A DNA stretch of 62,052 nt. Source: Candidatus Woesearchaeota archaeon (GTDB taxonomy: Archaea; Nanobdellota; Nanobdellia; Pacearchaeales; GW2011-AR1). How positions within the stretch are numbered: position 1 is the stretch's first letter; each line of letters starts with the position of its first letter. Shown in pieces: positions 28,097-36,101 of the stretch. The notes below the pieces were generated by a model, which was given only the letters and a program-made list of their open reading frames with translations, did no database searches and had not been told where the DNA came from. The translations under genes were made by a program, and so were the position numbers. The DNA lies in assembly GCA_964372375.1 (NCBI GenBank), contig CAYJQF010000001.1:1-62052 (forward strand), read 5' to 3'.

Positions 28097-28599
28097 AGTG
28101 AGAGGGTATGTGTATCTGTGCGTTGGTCGCAGATTCTTTCAGCTGGTCCCGAAGCAATGATTGTGTATACATCAACGCTTGAATACAGTTCGGGAGAAGT
28201 ATAGGTATACGTGCGTGTTTCTCCTGGTTCAGGAAGGTGAACAACAGGTTGGGAGCTGTTGAACGGAGCTAGTTTTCCGGAGCTGGTATTTTCATGTACT
28301 GCAAAAGTAGTCGAATTTCCCGAGCTTTTAAAGACCAGCTGAAATCCTTTTACCTTCCCTGCACCCTCATTGTTATTTGTTTGTATTGATAAAATATAGA
28401 GCCCTGAAGGAGTGCGGCAGTTATAGGAGAAACGATCATCAAAGCTAAAATGCGTTTGGTACGGGGTACATTCAGTGCTTCTTTGCAAACTAGTCTTTAC
28501 AAAAGGTATAAGTATCTGTGCAACGATACTTGCAGCAACCAAGGTAAGTAAAATGAGCGCAATTGTCGCAACGGCGGTAGAGACCCCTTTTTTGTTCAT
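28087..28599 (-). CDS. archaeal type IV pilin (pilin N-terminal motif)
   Basis: MNKKG/VSTAVATIALILLTLVAASIVAQIL. Confidence 0.7.
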   Translation of the reverse strand: MNKKGVSTAVATIALILLTLVAASIVAQILIPFVKTSLQRSTECTPYQTHFSFDDRFSYNCRTPSGLYILSIQTNNNEGAGKVKGFQLVFKSSGNSTTFAVHENTSSGKLAPFNSSQPVVHLPEPGETRTYTYTSPELYSSVDVYTIIASGPAERICDQRTDTHTLSLCT

Positions 28600-28601
28600 G
28601 A

Positions 28602-29057
28602 TTACATTTCAACCGTGATTGTTTTGCTCATTCCATCACAAAAATACTGTTTACTCTCGCTTCCAATGCTTCCTAAAATAATAGGCGTAACAATGATCTC
28701 TTCACTAGTCTGTATACTAGTGCCAATAAGAGAGATGCTTCCTGTTTCACCATTTCGGATCGTAGAGCCTTCAGAACCGCCAACAGTTTCAACTTTTTCG
28801 ATAGTGCCTGAACTTTTCTTTTTAATCTCGAAGCTGTAGAGAGGTACATTGCCGCGGTTGACAATGTGTACTTCAGCACCGTATGCTTCCGCTTCGAACT
28901 GAATACTTCCACACGAATTTTCAGCAGGTTCACCTTCTTTTTGTGCTTTTTCTATGAGAAAACTTCGTGCCCAAAGAAAGATGATAGATGCAAGGATAAG
29001 CGCCAAAACAATGAGGAGAACGGTTGCAATTACTGGTGAGAGGCCCTTTCGCTCCAT
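28602..29057 (-). CDS. archaeal type IV pilin (pilin N-terminal motif)
   Basis: The start is moved to MERKG/LSPVIATVLLIVLALILASIIF (ATG 29057), 26 nt after the TATA. The ORF-track start at 29159 would overlap the VKOR gene. Confidence 0.75.
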   Translation of the reverse strand: MERKGLSPVIATVLLIVLALILASIIFLWARSFLIEKAQKEGEPAENSCGSIQFEAEAYGAEVHIVNRGNVPLYSFEIKKKSSGTIEKVETVGGSEGSTIRNGETGSISLIGTSIQTSEEIIVTPIILGSIGSESKQYFCDGMSKTITVEM

Positions 29058-29076
29058 TCTGCTCAGAACACTTACT

Positions 29077-29088
29077 CCTTTAAAAATC
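29077..29088 (-). promoter_or_regulatory. TATA-like box for the three-gene pilin operon
   Basis: GATTTTTAAAGG on the minus strand is centred 26 nt upstream of ATG 29057. Confidence 0.5.
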
Positions 29089-29098
29089 TTCGTAGCTT

Positions 29099-29485
29099 TC
29101 AGATCATCTTCCAGGAAAAAAAGAACAGAAGGAGGTTTATGATGTAGATGCAAGTGCATATGATGCAGAAATTGCGTAGACGGACATACGAAATATATCC
29201 AAGATAGAAAGAGAATAACACACCAAGCGAGCTGAGGAGAAATACTGCGCGATATGCCTCTGTTTGTATCAGATAGATAAGAACAAGATAAGCCACAATA
29301 CCAATAAGAGGATTTGGAAATCCAAAGAGACGGCCATACGGGCTTAAGAAGGCCTTACTACATGAAACGAGTTCTGAAATATCACAAAGCGGCGTATATT
29401 CTTTATTTTTTAACCGCAGCTCAACAATCAATGCATATAAAGAGAGAAATACCCCTAAAATTGTCAGCAGCAAGAGTATACTCAT
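29099..29485 (-). CDS. vitamin K epoxide reductase (VKOR) family membrane oxidoreductase
   Basis: 128 aa, 4 TM. The loop Cys pair is CDISELVSC and the CxxC (CIIC) sits in the last TM. Confidence 0.75.
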   Translation of the reverse strand: MSILLLLTILGVFLSLYALIVELRLKNKEYTPLCDISELVSCSKAFLSPYGRLFGFPNPLIGIVAYLVLIYLIQTEAYRAVFLLSSLGVLFSFYLGYISYVRLRNFCIICTCIYIINLLLFFFSWKMI

Positions 29486-29486
29486 G

Positions 29487-30455
29487 TTAGGTAGGTACGA
29501 TCTTTTGTTTGGTTAGGTATTCATACGCTGAGTACGCGGCAGTACATCCTTCTGCAACGCCCGTTATTGCCTGCTTGAATGGCTTGTCAGCTACATCACC
29601 TGAAGCAAATACTCCTGGAACATTAGTTTCCGAGGTCTTATGATTTAGTACAATTTCTTTCTTTTCGTTTACTTGCACTCCTAGACCTTGAGCAACTTCT
29701 GAGAGCACCAGATGTCCGATAGCAACAAAAACACCTTGTACAACAAGCTCCTTGTTTCCCTGGTATGCTCGATCAAGCAGTACACTGGTAACTACCTGAT
29801 TGCCTTTGACTGCAATGACATTTGTCTTGTTAATAACTTCAATCTTTTTTTGCGCTTGTACTCGTTTCAGATTAATAGGCTCAGGATGAATCTGCTCTCC
29901 CCTATAAATAAAATATACTTTCTTTGCATGTTCTGCCAGTACAAGCGCGTCTTTTGCCGCAGAGTCAGAACCTCCTACAATGCAAACAACTTTATTCTTG
30001 AAGAGAGGAGCATCGCAAAGTGCACAGTAAGCTACTCCTTTGTTCTCAAACTCTTTTGAACCAGGAACATCTAAAGTCTTCCATTTGGTTCCTGTTGCAA
30101 ACAATATCGTCTTTGCAAGATACCTGCTGTTATGCGTATCAACTTCAAACAGGGTTTCTTTTTTTCGCACATGTTCAACTTTCTCTTCTTTAATAGTAAC
30201 TAAATCGTACGATTCTGCATGCGTGCGTATTGCTTCCGCAAGTTCGGTGCCGGTCACCCTGATAAATCCAGGATAGTTTTCAACCACATTTGTTGTGGTA
30301 ATAACACCGCCAATAGGCAACTCGGCGCTTGACATGACTCCTAAACAAAGCGTCTTCATTCCCAATCGAGCACCATACATAGCAGCAGCCAAACCGCTCA
30401 CCCCTGCGCCTATGATGAGAAAGTCATATGCATTTTTATTTGATTCTTTAGGCAT
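29487..30455 (-). CDS. trxB: thioredoxin reductase-like flavoprotein
   Basis: FAD motif IIGAGVSGLAAA. The redox CxxC is YCALCDAPLF (canonical CATC/CAVC). NADPH motif IVGGSDSA and C-terminal GDV. Confidence 0.88.
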   Translation of the reverse strand: MPKESNKNAYDFLIIGAGVSGLAAAMYGARLGMKTLCLGVMSSAELPIGGVITTTNVVENYPGFIRVTGTELAEAIRTHAESYDLVTIKEEKVEHVRKKETLFEVDTHNSRYLAKTILFATGTKWKTLDVPGSKEFENKGVAYCALCDAPLFKNKVVCIVGGSDSAAKDALVLAEHAKKVYFIYRGEQIHPEPINLKRVQAQKKIEVINKTNVIAVKGNQVVTSVLLDRAYQGNKELVVQGVFVAIGHLVLSEVAQGLGVQVNEKKEIVLNHKTSETNVPGVFASGDVADKPFKQAITGVAEGCTAAYSAYEYLTKQKIVPT

Positions 30456-30528
30456 ATCTGTAGTTCGTATAATTATTTATAAATGATTCGTTTAGTTAAT
30501 TATATTAAGTAAGGAGAAAAATAAAGCT
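30456..30528. promoter_or_regulatory. divergent promoter region (trxB / ybaK-like)
   Basis: The AT-rich spacer has TATTTATAAAT about 23 nt from the trxB ATG and TTATATTAAG about 25 nt from the 30529 ATG. Confidence 0.5.
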
Positions 30529-31005
30529 ATGGACTCGGCGCTTGAGAGATATCTTAAAAAAAAGGGAATTGCATACGCTTTATACAATCACCTCCCCGTC
30601 TTTACAGTCGCGCAGGCGTCAAAGCTTAAAACCGTTATCCCAGGCATGCGTACCAAAAGTCTTTTCTTAAAGGATGACCAGGAAAGGCTGTATCTTGTTT
30701 GCATGCGTGGAGAGAAGCGCTTGGACATGAAAGCTTTAGCGAGCTATTTAAGCGTTAAACACTTAGAATTTGCCTCTTCAGAGGAATTGAAAAAAGAATT
30801 ACACGTCACTCCAGGCTCTGTTTCTCTTTTCTGTATGATTCACGCGAAACAAACAAAGCTTATTCTAGATAAAGAAGTGTGGGATGCTGCAGAAGCAGGC
30901 TTTCATCCAAACATAAACACTGCAACCCTCGTTGTTCCACACGAATCTCTTGCTCGTTTGTACACTTCTCTACAATGTAAAAAGGAGATCAAGGACCTTG
31001 CGTAA
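30529..31005 (+). CDS. YbaK/ProX-type aminoacyl-tRNA trans-editing deacylase
   Basis: 158 aa with TKSLFLKD..LYLVCMRGEKRLDMKALA..PGSVSLF, the YbaK/EbsC family pattern. Confidence 0.8.
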   Translation: MDSALERYLKKKGIAYALYNHLPVFTVAQASKLKTVIPGMRTKSLFLKDDQERLYLVCMRGEKRLDMKALASYLSVKHLEFASSEELKKELHVTPGSVSLFCMIHAKQTKLILDKEVWDAAEAGFHPNINTATLVVPHESLARLYTSLQCKKEIKDLA

Positions 31006-31735
31006 AAAAATCGCTTTTATTTTTGCCCTGCTTATGACGGGACTCATTGCAAATACAGTATATCTCTTCTCTCAGAGTCAGGAACAAACAAAGCAAGAGA
31101 TTCTAGTAGCGAGAGTAATAGACGGCGATACCCTCGTGGACGCTGAAGGAAGGATTATTCGTCTTGCTAATATCAATGCCCCCGAGAAGGGGACTCCAGC
31201 AGCAGCATACGCAAAAGAGTTTCTCAGTGCATATACTAATAAAACCATAGGCTTGGAAATTCTAGGCACTGAGAAGTATGGCAGATTGCTTGGTAAACTC
31301 TATGCTGAAAGGTATATCAATCTTGAGATTGTTGAGAAAGGATTTGCTTCAAAATTCTTAGTTGCTGATGCGGAAAAGAAAGTTTTTGCAGACGCTGAAG
31401 AAGAAGCAATCTCCACTGAGCAGGGCATATGGAAGCAATCCTCTCACGCTTCTTGCCTTGCACTCCTTGTTGATTCCAAGAAAGAGCAGGCAGTACTCAC
31501 CAATACGTGTGAGGCAATTAACCTTACTGGTTGGATACTGAAAGATGAGAGTAGAAAACAATATAAGTTTCATACACTTCTCAAACATGAGCTCACCATA
31601 GAGAGCACATCAGGAAATGATAATGAAACGCAGGTCTTCTGGAATGCAGGAAATGTCTGGAATGATGATAGAGATACAGCCTATCTCTTTGATGCCGACA
31701 ACAGGCTTGCAGCGCACTATAGGTATGGTTATTAA
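30998..31735 (+). CDS. membrane-anchored thermonuclease (SNase) fused to a lamin-tail domain
   Basis: A TTG start at 30998 follows AAAGGAG. It has an N-terminal TM and an SNase pattern, ARVIDGDTLVD..IRLANINAPEKG..EKYGRLLGKLY..EIVEKGFA. The C-terminal LTD-like segment reads INLTGWILKDESRKQYKF. Confidence 0.8.
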   Translation: MRKKIAFIFALLMTGLIANTVYLFSQSQEQTKQEILVARVIDGDTLVDAEGRIIRLANINAPEKGTPAAAYAKEFLSAYTNKTIGLEILGTEKYGRLLGKLYAERYINLEIVEKGFASKFLVADAEKKVFADAEEEAISTEQGIWKQSSHASCLALLVDSKKEQAVLTNTCEAINLTGWILKDESRKQYKFHTLLKHELTIESTSGNDNETQVFWNAGNVWNDDRDTAYLFDADNRLAAHYRYGY

Positions 31736-32438
31736 TCTGCTTGCTTGTATTTTCTTGCTTATCCCCCTTACCCACGCTTTCGAGATTACCGAAGTTGAGC
31801 TCAATCCATTAGGAAATGATGCCGGTGCAGAATGGATAGAGCTGTATGCCAATCAGGAAACAGCACTCAATGATCTTACCTTTGAGAATGGAGATAATGA
31901 AACATACCAAGTGAACGGAAGTTTTAACGGATATCATGTCCTTCAGTTTGCAAAGCAATGGCTTGATAATACGAACGAGACAATCAAAGTTAAACGAGGG
32001 TCTTTACTTTTGACCAGTGTAGGTCCATTTAAAGATGACAAGAACTCCTTGCTTTCGTGGAGTATTTGTAATGATGTCTGGAAATTCAGTGCTGCAACAA
32101 AAGGGGCAGCAAACACCTGTGAACCGCCTACTCAGCAAACTTCTTCAATATCAGAAAACAACAATAAAACGCCGGTACTTGCAAGTAAACAAGAGAACAA
32201 GAAAAGCGGAGCAAACAAAAGCAGGGACGAACGTATAAATTCATCAGAGCATGCTCTCTCTGCTGGAAAAGAAGAAAACTCACAGGAAAACACAGTTATT
32301 AGGCTTACCAATCATGCAACGCAGACACCAATCACATTCACTTCAAAAGAAGGGAACATACGGCTTTGGATTTCTTACACTTTTACTTTTCTTTGTATCG
32401 GTATTATCTTTTTCCTTCTGAGTACACGGAATCTTTAA
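31725..32438 (+). CDS. lamin-tail-domain surface protein with C-terminal TM
   Basis: The start is moved to MVINLLACIFLLIPLTHA (signal peptide). LTD pattern ITEVELNPLGNDAGAEWIELYAN, then a polar low-complexity linker and TM WISYTFTFLCIGIIFFLL. It overlaps the nuclease gene by 11 nt. Confidence 0.65.
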   Translation: MVINLLACIFLLIPLTHAFEITEVELNPLGNDAGAEWIELYANQETALNDLTFENGDNETYQVNGSFNGYHVLQFAKQWLDNTNETIKVKRGSLLLTSVGPFKDDKNSLLSWSICNDVWKFSAATKGAANTCEPPTQQTSSISENNNKTPVLASKQENKKSGANKSRDERINSSEHALSAGKEENSQENTVIRLTNHATQTPITFTSKEGNIRLWISYTFTFLCIGIIFFLLSTRNL

Positions 32439-32462
32439 AAACGGCTCTTTCTCAGTACACCT

Positions 32463-32948
32463 ATGGAGAAGCTGCAGGTACGCATGATTCTTGAAATTCT
32501 AGGCAGGCCGCCTGAAAACGTTGTTCAGGCACTTGTAATGTTGGTTACTAATTTACAACACGAGCCCGGTGCAAAAGTAGTCGAGAGTACGCAACATAAG
32601 CCTCTTCCTGTCAAAGAATCGCAGAGCTTGTACACTGCATTCGTCGAATTAAGTCTTGAAGTTGACTCTCTATACCATCTTTTTACGATACTCTATAAAT
32701 ATATGCCTGCAAATATTGAAATAAGCTACCCAGAAACCAGCGAGTTAAAGAGCCAGGACTTAAACGTTGCTTTAAATCAGTTGCTACAGCGACTGCATAA
32801 TTATGATGCGATTACAAAACGTGCGTTGGCCGAACGAGACTTGATACTGGAACAGCTTAAAGTAGAAGCGCCCCAAGCCTATAAGAAACTCATTCAAGTA
32901 CCTCAGGCATCAAAGCAAGCAAAGAAAAAGAAGCCGAAGAAGCGTTAA
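32463..32948 (+). CDS. hypothetical protein with Lys-rich tail
   Basis: 161-aa ORF with no recognised family. It ends in KQAKKKKPKKR. Confidence 0.5.
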   Translation: MEKLQVRMILEILGRPPENVVQALVMLVTNLQHEPGAKVVESTQHKPLPVKESQSLYTAFVELSLEVDSLYHLFTILYKYMPANIEISYPETSELKSQDLNVALNQLLQRLHNYDAITKRALAERDLILEQLKVEAPQAYKKLIQVPQASKQAKKKKPKKR

Positions 32949-34138
32949 GGAATTCGCCTTTTCTCTTTACTCTCACTCTCTTTTACTACGAGCCCTTCAG
33001 GTTTCGTTCGTTTATAGCGAATAAAGACAAAGCCGATAATAAGGAGCGCAATAAGTCCTAAGGCATATCCTATCCAGGCGTTGCTGCTGTTTTTTTCTAC
33101 ATCTGTCTTACATACTCCAATACAACATGTTCCATCTAAGGCAGACTTGAGTTGTCCAGAACAGGTCATACTTCCATTGCATGCGCTGCCTCCTAACTCA
33201 GCACAGTAATACTGAAAGACCGCGCTCTGATTAGAAACATTTCCATTTTCAGTACTGCTCAGTTCTATCGGAAGAGTAATGCTCTGATCACCAATAGTAA
33301 GACTAAGATGCTCTTCTAATGAAGTGCCAAACAGTTTTCTAAGGGTTACGTTCACTATATGTACGCCACCCGGCAGTAAAGCGAAGGGAGTATCAGGCTC
33401 AATCACAAAAACAGTTTCATCAAAAGCAAATACCAGGTCACGATACGTCTGATTTGTTGGGTTTCTAACACTAATGCGGTAGGTAGCGAGCTGGTTATGA
33501 GCAATAGTTCTGCTGATGTGTGCAGGCTCAAAGTATACAAAAGTTGTTATTTCGGGAGAAGCATTTCCCGTCAAATGAGCAGGTACACGATAGACGCCAA
33601 ACGGCAGCGTGGTAACTATATTTCCTCGAACACTAGTAACGGGGAACGTGAAGACATTTTTGCCAGGTTTTAAGAGCAGGTTCTGCTCATACGGGAAAGT
33701 AGTAGAGATGATTATATCTTGATCAGCGAACGAAGTAATCTCTATGTTGAAGGGAGCGCGTGCGCTGATCACTCCTGGTTTGAGGTTATACACAGTATGG
33801 TTGCCTGCTACACTAAAATTCTGTTCATAGCGAAGGGTTTCTTGTACGCCTTCTCTAGTGGTTGCGACATCTTTGAGTACCAGAGTGTAATTATCTTGAT
33901 GAGCAGGCGCGAGTGCCCAGATAAAATACTGGTTGTTAATCTGCTTAACTTCATACTCAACAGGAATGAGCACGTTGGCTCTTCTAAATTCAACATTCGC
34001 TGCTTGGATTGGCTCAAGTATGTTTCCCTGCAGAGCAATAATCATGGTTTCTTGCGGGGCATATTGTTGCTTTAAATCAGTAGAAAAAGAATTCACCAAG
34101 GGTAGGAGAAAGAGAAAGATAAGGAATAATCGCTTCAT
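32945..34138 (-). CDS. anchored surface protein with Cys-rich juxtamembrane module
   Basis: Signal peptide MKRLFLIFLFLLPLVNS, beta-rich body, CNGSMTCSGQLKSALDGTCCIGVC, then TM IGYALGLIALLIIGFVFI. The TATA lies 25 nt upstream. Confidence 0.6.
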   Translation of the reverse strand: MKRLFLIFLFLLPLVNSFSTDLKQQYAPQETMIIALQGNILEPIQAANVEFRRANVLIPVEYEVKQINNQYFIWALAPAHQDNYTLVLKDVATTREGVQETLRYEQNFSVAGNHTVYNLKPGVISARAPFNIEITSFADQDIIISTTFPYEQNLLLKPGKNVFTFPVTSVRGNIVTTLPFGVYRVPAHLTGNASPEITTFVYFEPAHISRTIAHNQLATYRISVRNPTNQTYRDLVFAFDETVFVIEPDTPFALLPGGVHIVNVTLRKLFGTSLEEHLSLTIGDQSITLPIELSSTENGNVSNQSAVFQYYCAELGGSACNGSMTCSGQLKSALDGTCCIGVCKTDVEKNSSNAWIGYALGLIALLIIGFVFIRYKRTKPEGLVVKESESKEKRRIP

Positions 34139-34172
34139 ACACTAAGCTAGACTGTAGATTATTTAAATTGTA

Positions 34173-36047
34173 TTATTTGCTCATGTCTCGTAATTTTTTG
34201 AGCGTCTCTTCTATTTCACGGTCTTTCGCCTGGACAGGTCTCTGGGTTCCAGGTCGCATCATTCGCTGCGTGAAGGGTTGGCGAAGGGCAGGTCGTTGTA
34301 GTGCAACTCGTCCTGCGCTCGGAGGAGAACCCGGTCGAGTTATCGGAGTACTTTTCACATTGCCTCGAAGGCTAAACCACCAGAGTTGAAGCTTGTGCCT
34401 AAAGAAGATAGCGAGAAGTACTATAAGGATTAAGATAACTAAAAGTATGATGCCCCATGAGCTACTTCCTGTTGAAGCAGTACGAGCACAACATATTCCA
34501 CTCTTGGTACCACAACGAGCGCTTGTTTGCGTTTCTCCACTGTCGCAGCTTGTCTTACAGGTAGCATCAGGTGCTTGCTCACACACATTCGTTGCGGGAA
34601 TAGGAATACATGAGCCAAGGCAGCAGGCACCTTCTGCCGTTTCAACACTCTCCCCACTACATTGTGTTTGTAATGAACAGAGTTTGCCTTGTTTTTGTTC
34701 GCAGCTAGGCTGTGCTACTTTAACTGAGCAGCAAATACCAACTCCTTGACATTCAAATCCCTCTTTCACGAGGCCGCCCGCCGTTTTACAGTCGCTTAGT
34801 CGCTCGCATGAAAATCCTGCTTCTTCACAGAATGTGCTTCCAGCACCGATACCGCCGCCGCTTAAGCTCGCAGCACCTCGGCGTTCCCAGCCAGCATATA
34901 AAATAAAAGCAGTATCAAAAATACGATTATTATTCCAACATCCTTCCTTCGTGCGAATGCCCATCAAATATTCTTGGGTGGGAGTTAGTTCTGTCTTTCC
35001 AGCAGGACTGCTTCCTAACGCCAACATTCCAAGGCTTGTATCATAATAGCGGTTGTAAGGGCTGTTTCTAAGCTCCCAGAACTGACTCTGTTGTCGTAAT
35101 TGAATAAGTCTTGAATATTGATCATCATCGCTTGTTAAGAGATACAGGAATGCCTCTGGAAAGTAGCGTGCATAGTCTTCTGCTAAGGCAAGCACATAGG
35201 GAATACTGCTAGAGACATTGCTGTTTGCACCAAGCTTAGTTAATGCAAGGCTTGCCCAAAGGCTCCCCTCATAGTCGCAGGTGCTTCCTGATTTAAAGCA
35301 GCGCGCATTTACTTTTTCCTGCGTGGTGCCTAAAGAAGAAGCAGAATGAGTATCTGCTGAAACATAACAAGTCACATTATTCTGATCGAGGCAGTCCCCT
35401 GTGCTTCTGCTTTTTTGATACACGAGTGTCGAAACAAAACTTTGGTTACAGCTAATTTCAAATGTCCTTTCAAGACAGCTGTCTCTAATTTTTAAGAGAT
35501 AACCAGAACTAGAAATGTCTAAACAGGGTCCTGTAGTACCAGAAAGTTGCATAGCTTCCTTGATATCCATACGATACTCTCTGCCATCATACCGAATCGT
35601 GCACGAGCTTGGCTGATGGTTCTCGATATCAGTTTCTATATACCACGCTAAGTCTGATGTGGTTCCGGTCTTAGAGAGTAGCCAGCGCTTAATCCCCTCA
35701 GTATTTCTACCCATCTTTTGATAAGCCAATCCAACTTGTGCGGTTTCTTTTACCTTGCATCCTGCACGAGGCCAGCAGTCTTCTTGCGCGCTTTTCTCTC
35801 TATCAAGCACATCAGTCGCATTTTTGGTACTGCCCAAAGCAAGAGAAGTGAAAATAGCTTCTTGCAATGAAAGGCTTCCTTTCCTTGCTTGCTTTTCTAG
35901 GCACTGATATGATTTGCTTACTTCATCATCAGTAACAGAAGTGCCTGAAGCTTTAGTGAGTGGTGCACTCTCATTAAGAGCAGCTACTGAAGCAGCAGAT
36001 AAACATAAAAGAAGGAGAATAAAAAAGACAGCTACTCTTTGTTTCAT
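34173..36047 (-). CDS. anchored surface protein, possible alpha/alpha-toroid (prenyltransferase/terpene-cyclase-like) repeats plus four Cys-rich modules
   Basis: Signal peptide, then repeated helical motifs (AIFTSLALGS, GSLWASLALTKLG, DTSLGMLALGS, KEGCWNN). Cys-rich modules lie before TM WGIILLVILILIVLLAIFF, and the cytoplasmic tail is P/R-rich. The fold call is weak. Confidence 0.55.
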   Translation of the reverse strand: MKQRVAVFFILLLLCLSAASVAALNESAPLTKASGTSVTDDEVSKSYQCLEKQARKGSLSLQEAIFTSLALGSTKNATDVLDREKSAQEDCWPRAGCKVKETAQVGLAYQKMGRNTEGIKRWLLSKTGTTSDLAWYIETDIENHQPSSCTIRYDGREYRMDIKEAMQLSGTTGPCLDISSSGYLLKIRDSCLERTFEISCNQSFVSTLVYQKSRSTGDCLDQNNVTCYVSADTHSASSLGTTQEKVNARCFKSGSTCDYEGSLWASLALTKLGANSNVSSSIPYVLALAEDYARYFPEAFLYLLTSDDDQYSRLIQLRQQSQFWELRNSPYNRYYDTSLGMLALGSSPAGKTELTPTQEYLMGIRTKEGCWNNNRIFDTAFILYAGWERRGAASLSGGGIGAGSTFCEEAGFSCERLSDCKTAGGLVKEGFECQGVGICCSVKVAQPSCEQKQGKLCSLQTQCSGESVETAEGACCLGSCIPIPATNVCEQAPDATCKTSCDSGETQTSARCGTKSGICCARTASTGSSSWGIILLVILILIVLLAIFFRHKLQLWWFSLRGNVKSTPITRPGSPPSAGRVALQRPALRQPFTQRMMRPGTQRPVQAKDREIEETLKKLRDMSK

Positions 36048-36101
36048 GCAAAAAGAATGTATTACTTATTTAAAAATGTTCGTTCACCGACAAAAAAGAG
36101 A

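Noticed and set aside
29058-29159. Longer 185-aa version of the first pilin gene
   Set aside because: It would overlap the VKOR gene by 61 nt and would bury the class III signal peptide 34 residues inside the protein. The TATA box fits ATG 29057.
34168-35046. Plus-strand ORFs (73, 118, 70 aa)
   Set aside because: They are antisense to the 624-aa surface-protein gene, whose signal peptide, TM and repeated Cys modules make it the real coding strand.
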